A stretch of DNA of 64,000 bases from Selaginella moellendorffii (taxonomy: Eukaryota > Plantae > Lycopodiophyta), in the NCBI RefSeq assembly GCF_000143415.4, contig NW_003314407.1, positions 1-64,000 of the forward strand. The letters are read 5' to 3'. Positions 36,425 through 49,900 of the stretch are shown one piece after another; position 1 is the first letter of the stretch, and each line of letters begins with the position of its first letter. The notes under the pieces were generated by a model that was given only the letters and a program-made list of their open reading frames with translations, searched no databases and was not told the DNA's origin. The position numbers and the translations under genes are program-made.

Positions 36425-39400
36425 TATAAACAATTAAATTTTTCATTTTACTTTAGTCACTTCACTACACGTTCGACCACATGGAGGAGTCTAACTCACA
36501 ATCTCCATAAGTCCTATTTCGGGCTTAAGGACTTGCTAGCCCTGAGAATGACATTTATGCCACTCAATCTTTACACTTAGTTTAAGTGCTCCACCTGTTT
36601 AATCCTATAACCAACACCCAAAGGGACCATCGATATATCAACACTGACATAGGATGTCTGGAGACATAGGGGACACCCTACCCCAATATCCTTTTTACTG
36701 TCCCCACCAAGTCCCTTTTATCCATGGTCGTACTCGTCAACACCACTACTGGGTCAAGGCCCAAAGGCTTGACCATTAAGTCCTATTATCCTCTAAGACT
36801 TCTTCACCATGTGACTGTATCCTTGGTCACTACACCAAAGGATTACTTTTCTTCCTTTCCACAGTTTGAGACTTTGGGATGACATTTTGAAACACTGTGG
36901 CCTTATGCGAGCCTTATGGGTACTCTCCCCACCTTCTGCATTTTGGTGCTCTAGCTATGGGTTTAGAGTGAGGTTCCATTAAGCCATGGTAGGTATCCAA
37001 GTAGGTAGTGCCACCCATGCTTGGACTGGGAGCATCGACCATTCAATCTCCCGGGGGAGCTAAAGCTAGCTCTTGAACATTTCATTAAACTACCCCACTT
37101 GTTGCGAATATGACTTCGGGTATCGAAAGTTACCTATCGGCTAGTCCTTTCAGATATTCTTTCCTTACTGCCACGATGGCAAGAGGTCAGTATTGCTGGA
37201 CCCATTATCAGTTTCCCACTTGAGCTAGTTGAGAAATTGGTCAATGACCATGCACTTAGATTGGATAAACATAAGGTAGGAATCCTATGTGTTTCTTGCT
37301 GAGCATACTCGGCTTGGTTTGAGAAACTTGTGTCATTGGCTTGCACTTGCTAGTATCAAGAACCCCCGCGATATTGAGATTGGTCCCTCAATATTCGCTA
37401 GATGATAGCTTACCGTGTCTGCCAAACACCCTCGCTATCATCTAGAGGTAGAGTTAACATGTCAACATGGAAACCCATATAAGTCTAACAACACGATCCT
37501 CCACAACATCATCTGGTAAAGCAAGCCTATCATTGCTAAATCTTCATTGAGTGAAGCAAGTGTCAACAGTTCTTGACAAAGTTTACAAGCAATCATTAGT
37601 CGCAAAGCAACCAACAATCACTCTTCAACTTGTCTTCACCAGACCTAACACTAAACTCATATCATCGAGTCATATACTCATCCATCATGAACGTAATACC
37701 CTAGTATAAGATAAAGGTTCATGGATAAGCATGAACTAAATGACCACTCAAATCCAACTCAACCACAATAAGCTCACTAATGCGTCTAGCCAATAGCTCT
37801 GAGCATGCCTTGAAGAGGTTAGCTATGCATGATCAACACTTAGTCGAAGCTAAAGTGAAGACCATGAGATGAACTCATATTGGTACACAACCTCCTCATA
37901 AACAAAGTTATAGTACGGGTACCAACATCTCAACTGCAAACAACTAAGTTGGATATCACCATCCTCAACCAAGGCGCAGGGCCACCAAAACCAAGTCAAG
38001 ATCAATGAGAGCTCACTACTCTCATAGAGTTTAACGAAATGCAAGGTGCAACTTGCTACCAAACATAATACTACAAAAGAAAGGCAGAAGGGTCACCCTT
38101 CTTAGAAAAGTGCAATGGTCACTTTTCTACACTAACTCCAGACTCTATCCAACTCAATTGCTTTAGCCTCAAAAGTCAGTATCCCTTTCGGGCCGCATTA
38201 TACAAACTATCTACTAAGATCTAAGCTAACCGAAGTCAACTCTAACCCTTTCACTAGTTTGTACTGGCTTATGAAAACGGAATGATTTTTGGACAAAGTG
38301 ATCAACAGATCAGCCATTGGAAAAGTCTAAGAAAATTTATGGAAAATTTTCCATCCTAGAGAAAGAATGACTCTCAATCCAAAAGTGAAAACTTCAAGAC
38401 TCAACCAACTTCCTCCTACTAACAAATTCATATAGGTTCACCTCAACACAAATTCTCATGACCCACAATATGTCTAAGCATCGAATATTTTTTTGCCCAT
38501 ACTTCCGACATCTAACACCAACATCTGCAAAGTGCAAAAGGAACATCCAAGGCTTGATCACGAAGACTACAACTTTGGACATCCATATTGCACTAACACT
38601 CTTTTTCAACCACCTTCAAGATCCAATGTGAAGCCCAAACACTAACAAGAAAAATGACATAGAAAATCAAGCTCTAAGAAAAATTCCTCATCAATCGAAT
38701 TAACAATGCCACTTCCACTAACATAAGTGCTAGCGATATCAATGCCTCAAACTTCACATCTTCTCAATCCAACAATCTACTCTAAATGTTAATGGATTCA
38801 TCAACAAGCTATAGCAAGCTATAGTGAATGCTACAACCCTTTTCCAACACTTTATGGGCAAACCCTCAAGGAAACAAGGTACCAACTTAAGCTTAGCATA
38901 ATGGACCACCATCGAGAATCCAATCAAAGCTACTACAATGCTACTACGTGCAAGTAGACTAGCTCCACTATCAACCACTTTGGGGTTGATCATTGTTTAA
39001 CCAAACAACTTCGTAAACACATTGCTCACTATCACATGGATATGATATAATAATCACAATGACTTGATCATCAATTGAGCAACACCACGAGCAATGCCCA
39101 TGTCATTATTTCAAAGGTTTATATGAGTATCAAATGTCAACTCGATTCAATAAAATGCAACATAAATGCCACACTCCACCGATAGAGATTTACAACACCC
39201 AACACCACTAACTTTTGTTCACAACACAGACAAGTTCATACCACTCTCTACTGACCAAACTCAATACTAATCCAACACCAAGCTACTTAAGGAGCAATAA
39301 CAAGGTTCCCTGGAAAAGAATTGAGCATTGCAACCCAAGTCTTCCAATAGCAAGCCTAGACAAAAAATGTATTGCACTTCACCGCTATCCATCCCACAAC

Positions 39401-41905
39401 TCACCATTGTAAGACCACCATCTCCAACATGCATCAAGATAGGGATTCTTGATTGCATGATGTGAACTAACACCTCGTTGTAGATCATTTCTCTAAGGAG
39501 AGAAAATGATTTACGTGTTTGATCCTTCGTCCCTGACAACTCTCTTTCTGGTCTCATCTTTGGCTAAACCACAAGCTTGCATTTGCATTGCCTTCAGTCC
39601 AATCCAAGAAAAGTTTATGAGAGAGCATGGCAATGACTACTTGAACCAATAGACTCATCCCTACAGTCTTAGTTGATCCACTTGTAATCATGCCTAGGAA
39701 GGATCCACTAGTGCCGTGCTAAACAGCTACGGACCAGCCTATTTGCTACTTATAGCAAACCCAAGGAAGGTTTACTTTCACCTATGGTACATGGAACAAC
39801 TCACAGAACCATTAGAACAACTCATGGAACCACCGATAGATTAACATTAATCCTACCAACTCGGAGTGTAACCTTGAGTTGCTAATGTGCCTCACTTACG
39901 AGCCCAAGCACAAATTTGTGCTAAATGGAACAACTCAATCCCATCCTATGAGCCCAAGAGCAAGCTCACATCATAAAGTACAACGAGGTAACCAAATCCA
40001 TACCTAAGGAACAATTGTGAAGCCTTTGCACCCAAATGTGTACCCACTTGGATCATCGTTTTCATCTCTGTGTATGCAATGAGACAAGTTGCCCAATCTC
40101 GTTGGATAGTACTTACCGAGACTTATTCCCTGATACCAAATGTAGTACACGTGGTTTTGACCCTTTATCCTATGGTGTTTTACCATAGGATAACACTGCG
40201 AAGCGAAACCTAAACCCTATTTATGCCATGTGACACATGCCACATGTCATATGCCACGTGTCCAAGGAACGTGGTGCCAAACCCGAGATTCAGGGCCTTG
40301 GGCCACTGAACGAAGGAATGGTGCCAAAACCCCCAAGCATGAAGCCAAGGAGTGATGGAATCGAACCACGGAGCAACTCTCGAGCATACAGCCCAAGGAG
40401 CGAAGGGATAGGAGCCTGGAGCGACTTGGAACAATTCTGGAGCAATCAGCATCTCAATGCTAGGACCAGTATGCAAAACAAAGCCAAACGGAGTCTAGCG
40501 CTATTTCGGCATACCGGTGGCTTAATGCAAGGACATGAGTACTCCCCCAGTTAATATGGAATGGAACTTGGGCTTAGACCCAAGCCGGACGCAGAACAAG
40601 GACAAGCACGCAAGCGAGAGCTAGACTATGCCTTAAGTTGGTCGGCCATGCCCGACCTACCCACTATCCCTACTATACATTTAGAACCCCCCACAACCCC
40701 CCTTCCCCCCCCCCCCCCCCTGAGGAACACACGCTTTGGGCTTTCACCCCAAGCCTCCCTTAGTATTAGGAGTTAGTCTCTAGGACAAGGCTTGAACACA
40801 ATGGTGTTCGTCCCATGTCCAAATTCACAATCTAGGGACATTCTATATTTAGTAAGTTTCGATCTCTACATTCCGTAGATATACCAAATGAACAAATCTG
40901 GACACTTTCCATAAATAGCATTTGGGACCAAAATGAGACTAATACAAAGGGCATGATAGTGAGGGTGTTTGGCAGACACGGTAAGCTATCATATAGCGAA
41001 TATTGAGGGATCAATCTCAATATCACAGGGGTTTTTGATACTAGCAAGTGCAAGCCAATGACACAAGTTTATCAAACCAGGCTAAGTATGCTCAGCAAGA
41101 AACACATAAAGTTCCTACCTTATGTTTATCCAATCTAAGTGCATGGTCATTGACCAGTTTCTCAATTAGCTCGAAGTCACATTTGCGACATCACTTGTCT
41201 ATCTGTATTTAATTTAGCCTTGGATTCTTCAATAGTTATATCATCATCTAACACGTGGGTATAGCCTTTCTTGGTCACACTAGCCTTTCTTGGCCAAACT
41301 GGCTCTACTAGAGTCTTCCCTCTACTATACTTTTGGAGCTCACCTAGGGTTTGGGAGACAAACACTTTGGGCTTTCACCCTCGAACTCGGACTTCGACTT
41401 GGACTCAGACTCAAACTTAGACTCAGATTGGGACTTAGACTCGGACTTGAAATTGGTCTCGGTCTTAGACTCGGGCTTGGTCTCAGTCTCAGACTTAGAC
41501 TCGGTCTCGATTTCGGTCTCCCCCTCATGTCTATCTCAAACTCCATCTCAAGTCCATCTCGAACTCCATCTCAGGTCTATCATTGACTCGAACTCGGACT
41601 CAGACTCGGACTCGGACTCAAACTCGGACTCGGTCTTAGTCTCGGTCCTGGTCTCCCCCTAAGGTCCATCTCAAACTCCATGTGTCATGTGTTTAAAGTG
41701 GAGCCAAAAGGGTGCCATATGGTAGTGGCCGAAGTAGAACCCCAAACGAGTATAACATGTTTGGATTAAAAGCTCTAACTTAGATAGTCAAGAGTGGGAG
41801 TGGAACTCCTAACAAAGTGCTCAAAAAACAAGCACGAAGCAAGCAGTAAATGAGTCTTTAGAAAAGGGACACAAGAGGACCAGGCTGAGGGATTTGTGTC
41901 TCACA
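36425..41905 (-). mobile_element. Diverged solo LTR of large family, interrupted by 37100-41190
   Basis: Reverse-complement LTR sequence continues across the insert (TACCCCACT|..|TCACTTGTC) and ends GTCTCACA at 41905. Confidence 0.8.
37100..41190 (-). mobile_element. Second-family decayed Gypsy-like LTR element with inverted ends
   Basis: Minus-strand LTR 41190-40141, PBS TGGTATCA ~40138-40131, decayed pol; 37100-37441 is an inverted copy of 40953-41190; TSD CCACT/TCACT. Confidence 0.8.
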
Positions 41906-42099
41906 CCTACAACTCCTTTATGATCTCAAAATCTCTATGTTTCCCATTATTATATTTCCCACTCTTATTAGCCTCTTTTTATCCACCACATTGCATACAT
42001 GTTCATATACAAACTCAAGTGGAGAGTCATGCCTTCTTGACATGCTACTTCTCAAGGATAGACTCAATCTTGGGACCTTCCGATGCTGATATCAAGTGG

Positions 42100-44182
42100 T
42101 GATATATTTAACCACCAATAAGAGTCAGAATAAAGAACAACTCCGATACCAAGTTGTAAACAACTAAATTTTCCATTATACTTTAGCAACTTAACTATAT
42201 AATTAACCACTTAGAGCAGAGCCTCCATAAGTCCTATTCTCGACTTCAGGGACATGCTAATCCCATGAATAGCATCTATGCCACTCCGCCCTTGCACTTG
42301 GTCTAAGTGCTTTATGTTTCCAATCCTATAATAAACACCCAAAGGTACCATTGATATATTAACCTATTATATTAAAGCTATATCCATTCACTTTTGTTCC
42401 ATAGGTAGTCCAAGACCACCTGTACCATAGTTTAGTCTCCTAAAGACTGGGCCATCTATCCATGAGTGGACATCCCATGATCACACCTTGGCATTCTTAA
42501 GATGCCTAGAGACATAAGGAACACCTTTCCCCAACATCCCTTCTTCGGTCCCTACTAAATCTCTTTCGATCTATGGCCATACTTATGAACACCACCATTG
42601 GGTCAAGGGTTGAAGGCCTGACCACTAAGCCCTATTGACCTTTAGGACTTTCTTGCCATGTGACCATATCCTTGGTCACTACACAAAAGGATTGCTCTTC
42701 TTCTTTTCCACAATTCAAGACTTTAGAATGATTTATCGAAACACCACAACTTAATGCAAGCTTTATAGGTAATCTCCCCACTTTCCACCTCAGGGTGCTT
42801 TAGCCATGTGGCTAAAGCGAGGTTCCAAAGAACCATACTAGATATCCAAGTAGGGAGTGCCACCCACACTTGGATTGGGAGCATCCAACCATTTGATCTC
42901 TCAGGGGAGTTAAAATTAGCTCTTGAACACTTTACTAAGTTACCCCACTTGTCCATTTGTGTTTATTCTAGCCTTGAACTCTTTAGTAGTTCTATCATCA
43001 CTCATCACGTGGGTATAGCCTTCCTTGTTCACATTGAACTTTCCTGCCCAAACTTGTTCCACTAGAGTCCTCCCCCCTACTATATGTAAGCGACTAAATT
43101 TTCCATTCCACTTTAGTCATTAACCACACCTCCAACTATTTGGAGGAGCTCACTCACAACCTCCATAAGTCTTATTCCGGACTTAGGGCTTGCTAGCGCC
43201 GAGAATGACATCCTTACTACTCAACCTTTGCACTTAGTCCAAGTGCTCCACGTGTTCAATCCCATGACTAACACTCAAAAGTACCACTGACATATCAGCC
43301 CATTACGCTAAGGCCATGCTCTATCACCTTTGCCGCACTGGTGGTCCAATACCACATGGATCACAGTCCTATCTCTCCAAGACTAGGCCATTCGTTCATG
43401 AGTGGTCATCCCAGATCCACTCCTTAGCATCCTTAGGATGTCCACAAATATGGGGAACAACTTTCCTTAATATCCATTTTTCAGTCCCTACCAAGTCCCT
43501 TTCTGTCCATGGTTATATTCGTCAACACTGCCACTAGAACAAGGCCCACAAGCCCGACCTCTAAGTCCCACTATCCTTTGGGACTTCCTCACCATGTGAC
43601 CATATCCTTAGTCACTGCACTAGAGGACTGCTCCTCTTCCTTTTCATAATCTGGGACTTTGGGACAACATTTCAGAACACCGTGGCCTTATGCGAGCCTC
43701 ATGGGTACTCTCCCCACCTTCCACATTTTGGTGCTATAGCTATGGGCTTAGAGTGAGGTTCCATTGAGCCATGCTAGGTATCCAAGTAGGTAGTGCCACC
43801 CACACTTGAACTAGGAGCATCGGCCATTCAATCTCCTGGGGGAACTAAAGCTAGCTCTTGAACACTTCACTAAGCTACCCCGCTTGTCAATTCATATTCA
43901 CTCTAGCCTTGGACTTCCCAGTGGTTATCCCATCACCCAACATTTGAGCATAGCCTTCCTGGGCCAAACTGGCCTTTCCTGGCGAAACTGGCTCCATAGA
44001 GTCCTCCCCCTACTTCAAAATGTTGAAGAAGTGCAACATTTTTTTCAGAGTTTCACTCTTGCTCTCAACTTTTCAAGTCAAAGATTTTAGTCCAAACATG
44101 TTATGTTTGTTGAACTTCTTCAACCACTACCATATAGCATTCTTTTGGCTCCATTTTGGGGCTTAGAAATTCATGTCTCACA
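42100..44182 (-). mobile_element. Two nested/adjacent diverged large-family LTRs (~42153-43084 with PBS; 43085-44182)
   Basis: CTCCGATACCA (reverse PBS) near 42140-42150; LTR termini TGTAAGCG at 43085 and GTCTCACA at 44182. Confidence 0.8.
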
Positions 44183-44383
44183 ATCTCGTGATGCTGGCAT
44201 TTTCTTGTTTTCTCTAGCAAATCCTAAAGAGATTAATTTTTTTTCAAAGATCATTTATTTGAAGTAGCAATTCATGTTGATGTTAATGTTGAGATTTCTT
44301 CATCCACTATTTCTTGTAGTGGAGCTTGACTAAGTGGGCCTTAAAAGTCAAAGCCCTTAGCAATTGCCCCACAAAAGCATTTA

Positions 44384-44656
44384 TGTAAGCTTTTAAGATT
44401 GAGTTTAGACTTCTTGAGAAGTCACCCAAACTGGAATTGCTAAATGTCAATCAACATATGGTGCGATTCCCCTAGCCAACCAATAGAGTCAAACTTGAGA
44501 CCCTCTCTAATACCAAATGTAAACTTATAAGTTTGGACTTCCCGAAATGTCACCCAACCCAATACTATTTAAACCCAAGGACACTTAACCCCAAATATTT
44601 CAATACCCTTAACTTACTTTTATTCATAAGCCTTTTTCCTTTATATTTAAATCCCA
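44384..44656 (-). mobile_element. Decayed Cassandra TRIM fragments
   Basis: Reverse complement of the Cassandra LTR/5S region, PBS and internal start. Confidence 0.75.
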
Positions 44657-45245
44657 TATAAGCAACCAAAAGGAACAATTTGAAAGATAATCTATAGGGT
44701 TCAAATATAGAAGAAAAATGCCTATGAATAATAGTACACCCCCTTTTCCAATCGGTTAAAGGTCTTGAGATATTTTGGGTTAAGTGTCCTTCGGTTTAAA
44801 TAATACTATGTTAGATGACCTTTCAGGAAGTCTAAATTTAGAAGCTTACATTTGGTATTAAAGAGGGTCTCCAATCTGACTTTATTGGTTGGATAAAGGA
44901 ATTGCACCATATATTGATTGACATCTGGCAGATCCACTTTGCTTCGGCTAAGCTCGACCCTAGGGGTAGGGTGTCAAGAGAACGGGGCTCTTAGAAGAGT
45001 TGTGGCTCTCAACTTTTGTTCATGAGGGTGTGAACTTGCAAGAAAGCATAATGGATTATAAGCAACCAAAGGGAACAACTTGAGAGATGATCCATAGGGT
45101 TTAAATATAAACAAAAAGGGCCTATGAATAAGAGTGCACTCTTTTTTTCAATCGATTAAAGGTTTTGGGATATTTAGGGTTAAGTGTCCTTAGATTTGAA
45201 TAATACTGAGTTGGGTGACCTCCTGGGAAATCTAAATTCAAATTG
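44657..45245 (+). mobile_element. Decayed Cassandra TRIM (LTR 44657-44850, internal, LTR from 45057)
   Basis: Colinear with 59834-60426, with many C>T/G>A changes. Confidence 0.85.
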
Positions 45246-46999
45246 TTGTCCTCAAGTTGTTCTCTTTAATTCTTTACAATTTTTTGTCACTACATTAATT
45301 GTGAATGTTTTCCCCTATCCTTCACATTGGCTTGTAAGAAAAGCTCTAGTCCTTCACTATAGTGTCAAGAGTGACATTGGAATGCCTTCTAGATGGACCA
45401 TTACCTAGCAAATAAGTGCTGGATTAGCTGCTTGCAGCAAATGCCTAGATAAGGCAATTGTTGTGGACTATGGAGCTTGGCTCACCCAAGTGCTAGAGCA
45501 ATATAGTGCTTAATATTTGTGTATCCACTATCTCTTGCATACTCTACTGAAATCTCTTAACAAGTTGAGGAAGGGCTAGTACATACCCACACTAGTAACA
45601 ACTGAGAAAGAAGCACTTTAGCTAGCAAGTGCCCTCTCAATGCCTAAATGATGTGCAAAAGCCATAGAATATTTCCTTATGGGCATAGGAAGATGGTGGA
45701 GGAATGACATTATAGCTTGGACTTGGCCTACCACTCAATCTAGTGTGTAACATTTGCCCCATCACAATCTTGCCATTGGGAAATCATGAAGATTTTGGTC
45801 CAATAGTAGGGGATAAGGATGGCTAAACCCAGGAAAAGAGGGGGCACTTGGCAGTGGTGACACAGCTATTGGCACTAAAGAAGTGGCACAAATGAGAAAT
45901 GAGATTGGGCCTATTCCAAGGTAGCATGAAGTTATAGGGCTTTTTGTGTATTAATTGCAAACTTGTTCAAGAAATCTAGTGGTAGAAATCTTGCCAAAGA
46001 CACTAATTTTTTGTATTTTTTTCTTTAATTAAAAGTGTAGAGATTTAAGCATATTCAAAGCTTAAAGATAACTCTATTTATTAAGCTTGATTTTTCACTT
46101 ATAAAAAGACCAACTCTCACTACACAAGTAATAGAGTGTTAACCATTTCTTCACAAACTCCCAATTCTTTTTTTGAGTTAAACTAAACTTAAAGTTTGGC
46201 TAACCAACTAATCCTTAAAGTTTTTAAGGTATAACAAAACTTGTTCTAAATCCTAAATCTTGGGGTGTATATAATAGTTCAAGACCTCAAAGGGAAACAC
46301 TATAGTTTAAATATTCGATATAAGTACCCTAACTCCCCACTTCCATCCCAAAGGGAAGGCTTAAGCTTTTAGGAAGGGGCAAGGACCAATGAACCTTATA
46401 GGACTCAAGTGGGGCACCATTTTATTTAAGATGAAAGTATTGTAGTCAGTTTCTCTTCCAAGAGTGGGTATTGCTCTTCTCTGACACCCCTTAAATATAT
46501 GCTCACTCACCTAAAGCTATTAACCCCTAGCCCTAACCTTAACATAATTTAAAAGCACCTCTAAAGAGTTCCTTCAAGAGTGGGTCTTTATCTTCATTCT
46601 CCTTCTTATACTTTTGGAACCCTTTGCAATTACTAGACACTTATTCATGCCACAATCACTAAAAAAGGTTTGAATCTTGAGCCAATCCACCAAGAAAGTC
46701 TTATTTGGAGTGAGCTTTGAGTGCCTTAACATACCCACATGGTAACTGTCATAATATGCATCTCTTTTTGCATTTCTTGCTAATTTGATTGAGGGTTTGC
46801 AGCTTATGAACAACATTATAGATAGTCAAAACCTTTATGACTCTATTGGCAATATTATCGGCACCACCATCGATAATAAGATTCTAATGTTCCTCTTGGT
46901 CAACCATCACAATTAACTTCTCTAATACTAATATTACAATCTGGTGATAAAAGATAAAAAAAGTATAGCAACTATGCTACACCTTTTCTTGAAATTCCC

Positions 47000-49900
47000 C
47001 TAACCAAGTTCCTATACTTTAATATATGGTCAAAGATGGTGCTTAATAGGCCACAACTTTGGCAAACAAAAGGGCATTAGGGGTAGCTTGAGCTCTCACA
47101 TGTGGTGTAATGACAATGGAATAAAATGGAGTCAAGATTTTATACTTGACATAAGGCCTCAATAAATGGCCCTAACCACTCACTTGATTGCATCACTATC
47201 ATCTACTAGTTAGATTTGGAAGGTACTTTTGTCTCAAAAGAGCAGCACTCTGCCCCTTAGATATAAATTAGCAATATACAAAACTGTTTGGTGTCTATGG
47301 TTTCCTTGTTAGTCACATCAGTACTTTAGAGGAATTTATATGTATAAACGTTTCAAAGTTCTTTTTTGTAACTACAGGTATGTTTTGGCATTTTCAATAC
47401 TTTGCAAATATACTTGCTACCATTAGTGTGGCTGATATGCTGCTATGGGTTTGACAAACATTCTTATATGCAATCTCTAGTGTGGTAGCTAGTAGCAGTG
47501 CATTTGCAGGCAAGAGGGCTAGGATTTCCATGGATCAGTTGTCTTGCCACTGCCGCCACAGTTGCCCTATCAAGGAATCTCTCCAGCTCATGATGAGGGA
47601 GGAGGGATTGGAGCTCTACGAGGACATGATCCTTGGGCAGATGTATTACAAGAGTAAGATGTTTATATTCATCTAATAATGAACAGGAGGCCATGTCCAC
47701 AACCGCCGATGGCACAAAATCCTTGTCTAGACAATCCACAGATGCTGGAACAACATGCTTGTCAGAATCATGAGAAGAGAGTGAAGAAGGAAGAAGATCT
47801 TGAGAAAGGGTATTAACATCAGCCATAGAACTTCCCGGGGGATGAATAACACTAAAATCATATATCTGAAGTGTAACCAACCAAAGGGAACGATTCGAGA
47901 GACGATCCATAGGGGTTCAAATATAGAGGGAAAGGGCCCATGAACAAGAGTGCACCCCCTTTTCCAATCGGTTAAGGGTCTTGGGATACTTGGGGTTAAG
48001 CGTCCTTGGGTTTGAATAGTACTGGGCTGGGTGACCTCCTGGGAAGTCCAAACTCAGGAGCTTACAATTTGGTATTGGAGCTGTTCCTTAGTCCGACTTT
48101 TATTGGTGCTCAAGTATATCACCATTGATGTTGGCATCGGAAGGTCCTAGGAGTGGGCCTATCCTGGAGGAGTAGCATGTCGAGAGGACATGGCTCTCCA
48201 CTCAAGTTCATGCGTGAACTTGGGCACAATGTGGTGGATAGAAAAGGGCCAATAATGGAACGACTTTGGGATCTTGGGAACAGTATAAGGTCTCCTCAGA
48301 GAGCTGAGGATGTTATCCAAATGAGCGTTGGAAACGGGCTAACGTAGTTGTGATAAACAACTATAGTTGGGATCACGGGAAAGATGTAGACTCCAAAACA
48401 ATAAAGAAGTCACAAGATTATCCTCATATACTTGAGGTTGGTGCTCATGAATGTGAGACCAGAGGTAATGACCGTGGGAGGTCAAATACGGAAGAGGACT
48501 CAAGTCCTTGAAATGGTAGCCGGGGCTACCTTTAATAAATGCTGGAACAACCCAAGGAGTTGGGGGGTGTACTTAGAGATGAGTTGGTATTCTCATCACA
48601 TGGACAAGTAGTCCTAAGGGGCAAAGGTTGCCCCCAGGGAACAAAATCAAGTGTCAGAGTAACACTTGTGAAAATAGTCCTTTTAAGTAGGACAAGAATG
48701 CAGGAAGTGTATTCCAGTGAGCTAGTGCCTCACAAGTAGGACCTTATAGGTCTGTGGATTAACCAAGTCCAAAACTGCTGGATGACTCAAGTAGAGTCAA
48801 GGGATGGTCCTAAAAGGACTGATGGAAGCATTTGGACTGCGGTGTGTTGTACCCCACGAAGGATGGGGGGGGGATCATAGGATCCAAGGATGAGAACAGA
48901 GGGTATCTCATCGATGGCAAAATGTGCCATGCTAAAGTCGTGGGAAAGGTGTTCCCAAAAAGAAAACAACTTTGACACAAAGTTGTGTGTGACCTCTATG
49001 GTGCAGTGCTAACGGATGGTTGGCATGAGAAAGAGTGGTATTGGTCTTGGCAAAGACTTAGACACAAAGAAGAAATGTCATAGAGGTAGGCTCGTGGAGC
49101 TGATGGTGTGGAGACACCAAATGTGCCAAGGTGTGATACCTTAAGGCTATGTTGGTGGGTTCATGAGAACCCCTTGCCAATAGAAATGGGAATGGCATAG
49201 CCTAAGCTGCAGAGCATGCAATTGGAGTGTGGTGACCCAAATAATGATGGAGGTGTGGAAGCACCAGCAATGAGTTGTAGGACTTAACAACTACGAGGCA
49301 ACTAAGCAAGAGGTGCAAAATAATTGGTTAAATGGGTAGAAAGTAGCTACCCAAGCCTTCTTAATGGCATAGGGAAGTGGATATACTCTTACGGGGGATA
49401 AGTTGCTTATGTTGCGATATAGTAAGTCAATGTCATAAAAGGAAATACTCATTGTCAAGGAAGCCGTCATTTGGACACCCGAACACTTTAGAACACCAGG
49501 AGGTGGTGTTTGATGTCGCGAGGGCAGTAGATAAGGCCCAAGGGACTAAGTCCCTAGCGAATGATGGATAGAAGGTGCTATCCAAATGTCCAAGGTGGCG
49601 GAGACAGGAGAAGACTATCTACTCGAATTGGACAAAGCCAAAAATGGAATTTTGGCAAGGCTAGCGATGGGCATGCAAAGGCCCGTAAGCAACAACGTAA
49701 TCCCGTTGTGTGGGATTATAGGGTGAGCATACCTGGATTGAGGAACCACTCCCTAGGCTATCGGGTAGGTTCATCCCTAAGAATACTTGCTAAGGCATGA
49801 TAGAAAGTGCAAAGCTATCTTCCTGGTCTGGAGGAAAATGACCGAAGGAAAGGTGTGAAGCCAAAAGCAAGGAAGTAAGGGGATAGAACCGAACCATAGG

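Noticed and set aside
45246-46990. Decayed retroelement-like AT-rich sequence
   Set aside because: Too eroded to assign a family or boundaries by eye.
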